Origin: an uncultured Gemmatimonadales bacterium
GTDB lineage: Bacteria; Gemmatimonadota; Gemmatimonadetes; Palauibacterales; Palauibacteraceae
Reading direction: 5' to 3'
Length of the DNA stretch: 64,000 bases
Assembly: GCA_963783385.1 (NCBI GenBank)
Contig: CAWANJ010000006.1
Coordinates: 320,001-384,000 of the forward strand
Made by a program: the position numbers and the translations under genes. Under the pieces are notes generated by a model that searched no databases, was not told where the DNA came from, and worked only from the letters and a program-made list of their open reading frames with translations. Of this stretch, positions 19,816-31,330 are shown piece by piece (position 1 is the stretch's first letter; every line of letters begins with the position of its first letter).

Positions 19816-20801
19816 GAGTCTTCCTCCCTCGCGGCGTCGACCAGTCCGGCCACGTGCGCGGCCGCCAGGTCGCCCAGCCTCTCCGTGTTGTATCCACCCT
19901 CCAGGAGCGACACGGTCCTCCCCCCCGTCGTGCCGCGGGTCTTCCGCACGAGCTCGACCGTCATGGCGCGGAAGTCCTCGGGCTCCAGGGTGAACCCGGC
20001 CAGCGGATCGCCGCGCGCCGAATCGAAGCCGCACGAGATGAACAGCAGGTCCGGGGCGAAACGGGCCAGCGCCTCGTCCACCGCATCGTACAGCCCCTCC
20101 ACGTACCGCTCCCGCGGCAGACCCGGCGGCATGGGCCGGTTCAGGGTCGTGCCCTCGCCCGCCCCGGCGCCCGTCTCCTCGGCCGCGCCCGTGCCCGGGT
20201 ACAGGGGGGACTGGTGCACGGACAGGTAGAACACGTCGCCGTCCTCGTAGAAGTTGTCCTGCGTGCCGTTCCCGTGGTGCACATCCCAGTCCACGATGAG
20301 GGCCCGCTTCGCCAGGCCGTCCGCGAGGACGTCACGGGCGGCGATGGCCACGGAGTTGAACAGGCAGAAGCCCATCGACTCGGTGGGCGTGGCGTGGTGG
20401 CCAGGCGGACGGATGGCGCAGAAGGCGTTGGAGTGCCGGCCCTCGAGGACCGCGCGGGCCGCCGCCGCCGCCGTCCCGGCGGCGGCGAGTGCCGCGTCCC
20501 AGGAGGCCGCCGACACGACGGTGTCCGCCTCCAGGTGGGTCGGCTCCCCGCGGCGCCGTGCCTCTTCGACGCCCTCACGCACGTGCTCGATCATCTCCGC
20601 TTCGTGCACCAGGGAGAGCCGCTCCGGATCCAGCAGGCGTCCGGGGAGCGACCGGACCTCGGGCAGGAGGTCGGGCAGGGCCCTCTCCAGCCCGGCGCTC
20701 ACGGCACGCAGCCGACCCTGGTGCTCGGGATGGCCCCAGCCGGTGTCGTGCCGCGAGCAGTCCTCGTGCATGTACACGCCCACGGATCCGCGTGCCGCCA
20801 A
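19812..20801 (-). CDS. Histone deacetylase family amidohydrolase
   Basis: HPE, RPPGHHA, GFCLFN, DWDVHHGNGTQ, YPGTG, GFD..GDPL, LEGGY. Confidence 0.95.
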   Translation of the reverse strand: MAARGSVGVYMHEDCSRHDTGWGHPEHQGRLRAVSAGLERALPDLLPEVRSLPGRLLDPERLSLVHEAEMIEHVREGVEEARRRGEPTHLEADTVVSAASWDAALAAAGTAAAAARAVLEGRHSNAFCAIRPPGHHATPTESMGFCLFNSVAIAARDVLADGLAKRALIVDWDVHHGNGTQDNFYEDGDVFYLSVHQSPLYPGTGAAEETGAGAGEGTTLNRPMPPGLPRERYVEGLYDAVDEALARFAPDLLFISCGFDSARGDPLAGFTLEPEDFRAMTVELVRKTRGTTGGRTVSLLEGGYNTERLGDLAAAHVAGLVDAAREEDS

Positions 20802-20936
20802 CCACCACCTCCGCCTGTCGTGGGGAACCCGGCCGTGGCCACCGGGGCGTTGATGCCCCCGGCGCCGCCCCGTAGCTTCCGCCCTTCACGTGGCCCGCCC
20901 CGCGGCGCGGCCCTCCACCGGGAGACTCGGCTCACC

Positions 20937-22022
20937 ATGGCATCGAACACGCGACGCACGCGACTCGCTCTCACGGCCCTGCTCGTGGCCGCCAGCGCGG
21001 CGGCGTGCGACGTGAAGTGGGGCGGCGGCCACATCGCCCTCGAGCACCCGCGCTCGCCGCGCGCCGGGCAGGACTCGGCCGCCACGGCCGCGCCGCCGCC
21101 GGTCCCGCTCCCGAAGCCGCCGTTCGTCTACCTGGTCCGGTTCGAGGGGGATGGAAGCGCCTCGGCCGTGCCCTTCGCCCGGGCGGGAGCCGCCGGCCTC
21201 GAGACGCTCGGCTGGCCCGCCGGCGCCGACGCCGGCTACGCGGCCCGCTTCGACTCGAGCTTCGCCCGTCCGGGCGCCACGCTGGCGCTCCAGGTCGCCG
21301 CCCGCCGCGTGGGCACGCTCATAGTGACCGGAACCCGCATGGCGGTCAACGCGACGTGTCCCTCGGTCACGGACGTCCGCACCCTGGTGGCGCCCGGCCA
21401 GTCGACGCCCCGCTGGGCGTTCGCGGTCGGGCCGGGCCTTCCCGACAGCGTGCCGGCGCGCGTGGACCTGCCGTCCATGGACGATCGCATGCGTACCTTC
21501 GGACCCATCCTGGCGGAGAACCTCCTGAAGACAGCCGGCGTGGAGCACGCCTACCTGGCCCAGCGGGCGGAGCTGCAGGCCGTCCCGCTTCCGGGTGACA
21601 CCCTCGCCGGCGCGGCGGCGCGCGGCCTGGCCGCCACTTACCTCATCGGCGACACGCTCGCCCCCGTGCCGCCCTCGTCGGAGTCGGCCGTATCGCTCTT
21701 CTACCTGGCCGTTTTTGATCCCGCCCGGGGTTACGTGCCCGAGTGGAGCTCGGTGCACCGGTACGGGTCGGCCGCCGACAAGCGGGTCCTCTCGTGGCTG
21801 GGCGCCTTGCGGCTCGGGACCCGGCGGCTGGACATGCTCAGGGAGACGGACGGGTCGGCCGCGCACGTGGCGGCGCACGAAGAGGGGAAGAGCCGGGACA
21901 TCGCCTGGACCGAAGAGGGGCTGTGTCCGGCGCTTCGGAGCCTGCTCGAGGCGCCGCGCGCCGAGAGCGGCACGGCCTCCGACTCGGCGGCGGGCGCCGA
22001 CCCGGGCGCGGGAGGCGGCTGA
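20937..22022 (+). CDS. Hypothetical lipoprotein
   Basis: MASNTRRTRLALTALLVAASAAAC lipobox-type signal; long ORF filling the gap between flanking genes. Confidence 0.7.
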   Translation: MASNTRRTRLALTALLVAASAAACDVKWGGGHIALEHPRSPRAGQDSAATAAPPPVPLPKPPFVYLVRFEGDGSASAVPFARAGAAGLETLGWPAGADAGYAARFDSSFARPGATLALQVAARRVGTLIVTGTRMAVNATCPSVTDVRTLVAPGQSTPRWAFAVGPGLPDSVPARVDLPSMDDRMRTFGPILAENLLKTAGVEHAYLAQRAELQAVPLPGDTLAGAAARGLAATYLIGDTLAPVPPSSESAVSLFYLAVFDPARGYVPEWSSVHRYGSAADKRVLSWLGALRLGTRRLDMLRETDGSAAHVAAHEEGKSRDIAWTEEGLCPALRSLLEAPRAESGTASDSAAGADPGAGGG

Positions 22023-22061
22023 GCGGAGGGACCCGGCGCGCCGCCGGGCGGTGGGGCGGCG

Positions 22062-22937
22062 TCAGGCCGCGTAGGTCTCGAGGACCTTGCCCAGCTCTCC
22101 CTGCCGGAGCTCCCGGAGCGCCCGGTCCCGGAGCTGCCGCACCCTCTCCCGCGTGATCCCGAGGACCTTCCCGATCTCCTCGAGGGTGTGCTGGCTCTCG
22201 CCCTGGAGGCCGTAATACAGCCGGACCACCCGGGCATCCCGTGGACGAAGGAGACGCAGGGCCCGATCCACGTGCTGGACGAGCAGGGCGTCCTCGAACT
22301 CCCGCTCCACGTCCGTCTCATCGAGGAGGATGCGGTCCTGGAGCTGGTTGTCGTCCGAGTCTCCCACCGGAGCGTCCAGCCGCACCTCTCCCACGTTGAG
22401 GGCCTGGAGCATCTCCACCGTCGCGGGGTCCAGCTCCGCCGCCTCGCCGATCTCACGGCTCGTGGGCTCGCGACGCAGGCTCTGGCGGAGATTCTCCCGG
22501 GTGCGCAGCACCCGGCCGAGCTCGGTCGCGCGGTTCAGCGGAAGCCGGACGGATCGACTGTGTCGGGCGAGGGCGGCCAGGATGGCCTGGCGGATCCACC
22601 ACACGGCGTAGCTGATGAACTTCACGCCCTGGTCGGGATCGAACTTCTCGGCGGCCGTCACCAGCCCCACGTTCCCTTCCTGGACCAGGTCCGAGAAGGA
22701 CAGGCCGCGGTTCTGGTAGCGCTTGGCGACCGACACCACGAAGCGGAGGTTGGACCGGATCAGGGTCTCGAACGCCGAGCGGTCGCCCGCACGGGCGCGG
22801 CGCGCGATGTCGTCCTCCTGTCCTGAATCGAGCAGGGGGTAGCGACCCAGCTCGTCCAGGTAGAGGTCGATCGCGGTGGAGCCCCCCGGCTGACGGGTGG
22901 CGAGCGGGGTGGCGGCAGGACGGCCGTTTCGGGCCAT
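22062..22937 (-). CDS. RpoD/SigA-family sigma-70 factor lacking region 1.1
   Basis: YLDELGRYPLL, NLRFVVSVAKRY, DLVQEGNVGL, KFISYAVWWIRQ, TLEEIG..TRERVRQ. Confidence 0.95.
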   Translation of the reverse strand: MARNGRPAATPLATRQPGGSTAIDLYLDELGRYPLLDSGQEDDIARRARAGDRSAFETLIRSNLRFVVSVAKRYQNRGLSFSDLVQEGNVGLVTAAEKFDPDQGVKFISYAVWWIRQAILAALARHSRSVRLPLNRATELGRVLRTRENLRQSLRREPTSREIGEAAELDPATVEMLQALNVGEVRLDAPVGDSDDNQLQDRILLDETDVEREFEDALLVQHVDRALRLLRPRDARVVRLYYGLQGESQHTLEEIGKVLGITRERVRQLRDRALRELRQGELGKVLETYAA

Positions 22938-23139
22938 GATGGCGATCCGGTCGATTGCTGTGCGAGGAGGGTGAGGCCGGCTTTCCCCCGGTCCAACCCG
23001 CGGGGCGCCGGTCGTTCACCGGTTCGAAAAGTTAGGTGGGCCTACGCGGCCCGTCAACGAGGTCCCCGGAGCGCCGTCGCGGCCCGGCCGCCGACGGCGC
23101 GTCTTTCGTCACGGCCGTACGGCTCCCCAGTATGTGTCC

Positions 23140-23913
23140 ATGGAGCTCCAGCTCGCGCATGCGGCCGCAACGGACGTGGGTCGAGTCCGTGACCAGAACG
23201 AGGACGCGTGGCTCGCCGTTCCCGACGGCTGGCTGTTCGCGGTCGCCGACGGCATGGGTGGGCACGCCGCGGGCGAGGTCGCCAGCCGCGTGGCCGTCGA
23301 GACCCTGGCCGAGGAGCTGAAGGGAGTCTCGCCTCGCGACGTGGAGGCCGCCCGATCGGAGCTCGAGCGCGCCGTGCTGCACGCCGGGCGGCGCATCCAC
23401 GAGCAGTCCGCGCGCGTGCCGGAGCGGCACGGGATGGGCACCACGGTGACCGTCCTGCAATTCCTGGAGGCCGGCCGCGCCGTGCTGGCCCACGTGGGTG
23501 ACAGCCGCGCCTACAGGCTCCGAGAAGGGAGGCTGCGGCGTCTCACCCGCGACCACACCTGGGTCCAGCAGCAGATGGACCGCGGCCTCATGTCGGAGAG
23601 CGGGGCCCGCCGCCACCCCGCCTCGAGCGTGCTCACGCGGGCCCTGGGGACGGCGCCCCAGGTGTCCCCCGATCTGTCCGTGGTCGACTGGCGCCCGGGC
23701 GACGTCTTCCTGCTGTGCTCGGACGGCCTCACCGGACCGGTGGCCGAGGCGGACATCGAGCGGACGCTGCGGGAGAGCCCCGATCCGCAGACCGCGGCCG
23801 CCGCGCTGGTGCGCCTGGCCAACGACCGGGGCGGACCGGACAACGTCACGGCCGTGGTGGTGCGAACCGGAGCGGAGTCGGCGCAGGAGGACGATCGAAC
23901 CCCGGCGTCGTAG
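23140..23913 (+). CDS. PP2C-family Ser/Thr phosphatase (Stp1/PrpC-like)
   Basis: TDVGRVRDQNED, VADGMGGH, HVGDSRAY, LLCSDGL, GGPDNVT. Confidence 0.95.
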   Translation: MELQLAHAAATDVGRVRDQNEDAWLAVPDGWLFAVADGMGGHAAGEVASRVAVETLAEELKGVSPRDVEAARSELERAVLHAGRRIHEQSARVPERHGMGTTVTVLQFLEAGRAVLAHVGDSRAYRLREGRLRRLTRDHTWVQQQMDRGLMSESGARRHPASSVLTRALGTAPQVSPDLSVVDWRPGDVFLLCSDGLTGPVAEADIERTLRESPDPQTAAAALVRLANDRGGPDNVTAVVVRTGAESAQEDDRTPAS

Positions 23914-23916
23914 CGC

Positions 23917-25260
23917 TCAGCCGTAGATCGGCCGGTCCTCCGCGAGCCGGTCGGCGGCCTGGCCGGGTGGCGCCTCGAGCAGCTCCAGCAGGGGAGCCGG
24001 ATCGCGGGGCTCGGTGCCCGGGAGGGTGAACACCCGCAGCACCCGCGCCGAGTGGTGCAGCCCGCGGCTCAGGCGCGGAAGGTCGAGGATCCCCTCTGCG
24101 CCTGCCGAGGTCAGTCTGCGTACCTCGCCGCGTGCCCTGACCAGGAGGAGGCGCAGGTCCAGCATGGCCGGGTAGGATGGGTAGTCCAGCAGCACGATCC
24201 CATCTTCCAACCCCCACTCCCGCGCCAGCCTTCCCTCCAGGCGACGCGCCAGGCCCGGCTTCTCATGGAGCCAGGTCGGCGTGTCGGGCGGCAGCTCGTC
24301 CCCGAACAGCTCCACGCAGCGCTTGGGCAATCGCCGGTCGGTGAGCGCCGCGACCATGTCGCGGACGCGCCCGCCGGCGGCCTCGCCCGCGCTTCCCGCC
24401 CCCGCCTCGACCCGGTGCCGCAGCGTTCCGAACAGCTCCTCGTCCGTTCGGCCGGGAAGCTCGTCGCGTCCCAGCACTCCGGCCTCCAGGGCGGTCTCCA
24501 CCAGCCGGCGGAACAACGCCGATGCCGCCCGCACGGTGTGGTGCCAGTAGACGTTCCGAAACATCTGGTACTTGGAGAACAGCAGCGACTCGAGAGCCGT
24601 GATGCCCTTCTCGGTCACGGCGAGCTCCAGGGGAGCCCCGGGCGCCTCGCGGGCCAGGGTGAGGGAGTCCAGGAGCCGATCCACGTCGACGGCCCCGTAG
24701 GGCACGCCGCAGAAAAAGCTGTCGCGGGCCAGATAGTCGATCTTGTCCAGGTCCAGGGAGCCCGCGATCAGTCCCTGGAGCGGGTGGCCGGATCGGCCCC
24801 GGATGAAGTCCGCCACCCGTGCGGGGCCGTCGGGCCGTACCTGCTCGAGGGAGCGGCGGATCGGGTCGGCCCCGAGGAAGAGGGCCGCGAGCTCCTCGTG
24901 GTGGCCGGGAAGCGAGTCCGGCTCGATCTCCTCCATGGCGTGGGAGAAGGCGTAGTGTCCCACGTCGTGGAGCAGGGCGGCGAGCGGCACGAGGGGAAGC
25001 TCCTCGCGCTCGGGAGGCGACAGGCTGGCCAGCGCACCGGCGCTCTCCAGGAGCCCCAGGGCGCGCTCGGCCAGGTGGTAGACGCCCAGGGCGTGGAGGA
25101 AGCGCGTGTGGACCGCGCCCGGATATACGAGGTGCGCGAAGCCGAGCTGCTTGACGCGCCGCAGGCGCTGGAACTGCGGGCTGTCGACCAGGGCGGCCGC
25201 CCGTGGACGCAGGCGGATGTTGCCCCACAGGGGGTCACGGACCGTGCGGGCTCGGACCAT
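23917..25260 (-). CDS. HD-domain phosphohydrolase (SAMHD1/dNTPase-like)
   Basis: RDPLWG, FQRLRRVKQLG, YPGAVHTRFLHALG, LLHDVGH, DLDKIDYLARD, VYWH. Confidence 0.92.
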   Translation of the reverse strand: MVRARTVRDPLWGNIRLRPRAAALVDSPQFQRLRRVKQLGFAHLVYPGAVHTRFLHALGVYHLAERALGLLESAGALASLSPPEREELPLVPLAALLHDVGHYAFSHAMEEIEPDSLPGHHEELAALFLGADPIRRSLEQVRPDGPARVADFIRGRSGHPLQGLIAGSLDLDKIDYLARDSFFCGVPYGAVDVDRLLDSLTLAREAPGAPLELAVTEKGITALESLLFSKYQMFRNVYWHHTVRAASALFRRLVETALEAGVLGRDELPGRTDEELFGTLRHRVEAGAGSAGEAAGGRVRDMVAALTDRRLPKRCVELFGDELPPDTPTWLHEKPGLARRLEGRLAREWGLEDGIVLLDYPSYPAMLDLRLLLVRARGEVRRLTSAGAEGILDLPRLSRGLHHSARVLRVFTLPGTEPRDPAPLLELLEAPPGQAADRLAEDRPIYG

Positions 25261-25340
25261 CCGGGAGCCCCGGTCTCGCCGTCAGCTCCGCGGCCGTCGC
25301 CGGCGGGCGGATGCCCACCCGGGACGGCGACGTTCCCGCC

Positions 25341-26861
25341 TCAGTAGACGGCCTCCTTGAGCTCGTCCGGGAAGGTCGGGAACCGGTCGAGCCACTCGCA
25401 GCGCGCCGCGCGCAGATCGGCCAGCCTGTCGGAAAGCTCGGATTCGCTGAAGTGCGCCGTCAGGTCGAACTTGGAGCCGCTCACGCCGGGCACCGACTTC
25501 GGCACCTCCATGCGGGACGCCTCGTCCGGGACCCATTCAATCTGGTCCCGCGCCACGGCCCTCAGGATGGCCACCGTGTCGAGGAGCCCGATCTTCTCGG
25601 CCCGCTCGCCCTGGCCGATCGCCCCGGTGTTGAGGATGTAGCAGTGCAGGTCCGGGTTCTCCTCCAGGATGTCCCGGAACAGCTCGCCTTCCCGTCCCTT
25701 CGGGCCCACGATGAACGGGTTGGTGCCCACCACCCGGACCGGCTCGCCCTTCGCGTTCGGGTCCGCGGCCGACGTCTTGATCGACTCGCCCAGCATGAAC
25801 GCCACCGCCGCCTGATCGGCCGTGAGTCGGCCGATGGCGGGGACGAGCGGGTTGCGGGTGATGAAGAAGATGTCGGTGATCTTCTGCACGTCAATGGTGC
25901 CGTCCGTGTTCCGGACCTCGTCGATCGGCACCACGGCGCGGCCGTTGGAGGTGAGCTCCTCGTTGTAGAAGTCCACCGTGCCGTCGTCCTCGACCCACAC
26001 GTTCTCGAAGATGGCGCGCTCGCTGGTGGCGGCGCCGTACAGCGCCTCCTGGTCGCGGGGGTTGAGCCCGTCGGTCTTGATGTAGAAGCCGCCGCCCTCG
26101 GTGCCCTTGCAGAACGCATCGGGCGTGAGCACGACCACGTCGTCCTGGCGGACGCGGACGTGCTCGCCCTTTCCCTCGTCGAGGTCGAAGTCGTGGCAGG
26201 TGAGGCTCGTCTTCCCCGTCCCCGAGAGGCCGAAGAACAGGAAGCCCTTCTCCACGAGCTCACCCGTGCGGGCGCTGTGGCTGTGCACCAGCTTGCTGCC
26301 GGCGTGCAGGCCGAGCCCCTTCCCCCGCGCCTTGGCCAGGTACATGGTCAGGCGCAGGAAGGACTTCTTGATCTCCCCGTAGTAGTCCGATCCGAGGACC
26401 CAGGTGACTCCCTCCTCCGGGTCCACGAGGATAGCCTTCTCGTGCGGCCACTCGGGGATGTCGATGGTGACGAAGTCGGGCTGGCCGTCCGGGTTTCCGG
26501 ACTCGGTGAGGCTGGCGTCGAACATGTGCGCGAGCCTCGCGAACGGCCGCGTCACGTAGAGCCTGCAGTGGAGGCAGCCGAACCCGCTGGCCTCGCCCAT
26601 GCACCGGTCCACGCGGATCAACTCGCGGCTCTCCAGGAACCGCTTGGCTTCCTCGATCGTCCCGAGGTCCGCCTGCGTCACCTCGCCGTCGACCGTGTTG
26701 CGGGTGTCCTTCGCGCTCCGGGCACGGTTCTGGGTGATGTAGGACGGGCTCCCGTACTCGGTCGTGCGCTCGTCGGAGCGAGCGAGCCCCCGGAGCTCCT
26801 CCCGGTCCGGATTGTCCAGGATGCCGCGGCACTTCGGCGGTGCGTCCGTGGCGATGCTCAA
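25341..26861 (-). CDS. pckA: Phosphoenolpyruvate carboxykinase (ATP)
   Basis: YYGEIKK, LHAGSK, FFGLSGTGKT, QDD, YIKT, NGRA; TTG start with AGGAGG RBS. Confidence 0.9.
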   Translation of the reverse strand: MSIATDAPPKCRGILDNPDREELRGLARSDERTTEYGSPSYITQNRARSAKDTRNTVDGEVTQADLGTIEEAKRFLESRELIRVDRCMGEASGFGCLHCRLYVTRPFARLAHMFDASLTESGNPDGQPDFVTIDIPEWPHEKAILVDPEEGVTWVLGSDYYGEIKKSFLRLTMYLAKARGKGLGLHAGSKLVHSHSARTGELVEKGFLFFGLSGTGKTSLTCHDFDLDEGKGEHVRVRQDDVVVLTPDAFCKGTEGGGFYIKTDGLNPRDQEALYGAATSERAIFENVWVEDDGTVDFYNEELTSNGRAVVPIDEVRNTDGTIDVQKITDIFFITRNPLVPAIGRLTADQAAVAFMLGESIKTSAADPNAKGEPVRVVGTNPFIVGPKGREGELFRDILEENPDLHCYILNTGAIGQGERAEKIGLLDTVAILRAVARDQIEWVPDEASRMEVPKSVPGVSGSKFDLTAHFSESELSDRLADLRAARCEWLDRFPTFPDELKEAVY

Positions 26862-26910
26862 ACTGCCTCCTCTATGCTTGGTACCGGCGGGATGCCGGCA
26901 TCGTACCCTT

Positions 26911-29205
<2,295 letters not shown>

Positions 29206-29484
29206 GCTCCTCCTCCCTGTGGGCCTGTGGTCCGATGAACCCGTGGCCCTCGTCTTCCCGCAAGCCTTCGGCCAGCCATCCCCGGGGCGCAGCGGACCGT
29301 CCGCCCCGAGGCCGGGGGCCATCGTAACCGGACGCGCCCCCACGCTGCCAGCCATCCGCCCGGCGCTTGACACCTTCCGATCCGCCGGGGAAGTTACCGG
29401 CGCAACCCGAAAGAAGGCTCTCGCGGCGCCGGGGCGTGCCTCCTCCCGGGGGTCGCCACGGCCTTCCAGCGAAGCGGAGGTCCC

Positions 29485-29883
29485 GTGGAGAACCGATCCC
29501 ACCGCATGGTGCATCTTGGCTACGGCAAGTACTGGCGCTCCGACCACATCGTCGGACTGCTGCCGATCGAGGAGGGGCGCGGGCCGGGCCGCAGAACCGA
29601 GGTGTACGTGACCAGCCGCGCGGAGCCGGTCATCGCCTCGCGAGCCGAGGACACCCTCCTGGACGACATGTCCGCGGGCCCGAGCCAGGAAGCCCGCGCC
29701 GACGAGCTGCGCTCGGCGGTCGAGGAGCTGCAGGGCGTGCTGCAAGGTCTGTCACCGGTCCTGCGTCGGATGCTTCGGAACGAGGGGGATTTCGACGTCA
29801 ACGCCTGGTTGCGCCGGCTCGGCTCCCTTTCCGCGGGGGACCCGCCGGACGACGGTCAGGAGGAGCTCTTCCCGGCGGACTGA
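29485..29883 (+). CDS. Hypothetical protein (N-terminus reminiscent of RemA/DUF370)
   Basis: GGAGG RBS; [27 protein letters not shown], followed by a helical C-terminus. Confidence 0.7.
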   Translation: MENRSHRMVHLGYGKYWRSDHIVGLLPIEEGRGPGRRTEVYVTSRAEPVIASRAEDTLLDDMSAGPSQEARADELRSAVEELQGVLQGLSPVLRRMLRNEGDFDVNAWLRRLGSLSAGDPPDDGQEELFPAD

Positions 29884-30112
29884 GCCCTCCCCCGAGCGGC
29901 GCTCGGGGCGCGTGGCCTGTCTCTTGCCCGTCACGTCGATCCTGGAACGAAGAGCACTCCGACGATCCCCGCGCGGGCGCCGTTCGAGATGGCCGAAAAC
30001 CAGCGCATGGAGATCCTCGATCTCCTGGTCCTGCGCGCACCCGACGAGAAGAGCTGGAGCTCCCTGAGGGAGGCCGCCCGCGAGTTCGGCTGCACCCTCG
30101 AGCCCTTCACCG

Positions 30113-31285
30113 GTGACCAGAATGCCCGCGCCGGCGGGCTACGTGCCCGCCGGCACCCCGGGTCTCGAGGATTCCGCGGCGCTGTGCCGTGCGCTGCTCG
30201 ACGGTACCCGCGACGAGGTGCTGGTCGCGGACGAGAACGGCACCGTCACCTTCGCCAGCCGCAAGCTGGCGTCACTGGCCGGTCACGAGCCCGAGGCGGC
30301 CGTGGGCCGTCCCGCCGACGACATCCTGCGGGCCATCGACCTCCCCTCCTTCGATCGCCTCCGCGGCATGCTGACCCGGGTGAGCAGCGCGCGCACCGAG
30401 GCCACCCTGGTGGACCTCGAAGGGCGAAGCCGCCCCGTGCTGCTGCGCGGCGTGAGCACCCGTCTCACGGGCGACCGGCGGCGGTTCGTATGGTTCATCA
30501 CCGAGCTTACGCGGGTGCGCAGCGTGGAGCGGGCCAACCGCATCCTGCGCTCCGAGCTCGAGACGCAGTCGCGGCTCCTGGCGCTGGTCAGCCACGAGCT
30601 TCGCACGCCGCTCAACGTGATCCTGGGCCAGCTGTCGCTCCTGCAGGCGGGTCTGCGGGGAGAACTCGGGGCGGAGCAGAAGGACTCCGTCCAGCGCGCG
30701 GCGCGGGCGGGGCAGAGCCTCCTGGCCCTCATCAACAACCTGATCGACTTCGCCCGCCTCGAGGCCGAGGAGCTGGAGGTCGAGGACACGCCCTTCTCCA
30801 TCAGCGAGATGCTGGAACAGGTCGTCGAGACCACCGACTCCCTGCTCTCGGAAGGCGGCCTGCGGCTCGTGGTGCACGCCGATGCGCCACGCGATCGAAT
30901 GCGGGGCGACCCGGCGCGTACGCGGCAGATCCTGATGAAGCTGGTGACCAACGCGGTCAAGTTCAGCGAGCACGGGATCATCCGGATCGAGACGCGCATG
31001 GTGGAGGACCCGTCGGCCGAGCCCGCCAACACCCTGCCGCCGGCGACCCGTTTTCTGGCCCTCGACGTGCGCGATCCGGGGATCGGGATCGCCCCCGAGG
31101 AGATCGAGCGGGTATTCGAGCCCTTCCAGCAGACGGCCGGCCTTCTGAACCGACCGCAGGAGGGGACGGGGCTCGGCCTCACGATCGCTCGCCGGCTGGC
31201 CAGGCTCCAGGGCGGCGACCTCGTGGCCACGAGCCGCCCGGCCCAGGGATCGCTATTTACGCTGTACCTGCCCCTGGCGGACTGA
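30113..31285 (+). CDS. PAS-domain sensor histidine kinase (true start may be 29989 via a frameshift near 30120)
   Basis: SHELRTPLN H-box, QILMKLVTNAVKF, VRDPGIGI, VFEPFQQ, GTGLGL. Confidence 0.9.
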   Translation: MTRMPAPAGYVPAGTPGLEDSAALCRALLDGTRDEVLVADENGTVTFASRKLASLAGHEPEAAVGRPADDILRAIDLPSFDRLRGMLTRVSSARTEATLVDLEGRSRPVLLRGVSTRLTGDRRRFVWFITELTRVRSVERANRILRSELETQSRLLALVSHELRTPLNVILGQLSLLQAGLRGELGAEQKDSVQRAARAGQSLLALINNLIDFARLEAEELEVEDTPFSISEMLEQVVETTDSLLSEGGLRLVVHADAPRDRMRGDPARTRQILMKLVTNAVKFSEHGIIRIETRMVEDPSAEPANTLPPATRFLALDVRDPGIGIAPEEIERVFEPFQQTAGLLNRPQEGTGLGLTIARRLARLQGGDLVATSRPAQGSLFTLYLPLAD

Positions 31286-31330
31286 CCCCCGGCCGGAACG
31301 CGGGCCCGCCCGCGGGCGTACCCTCCATCC

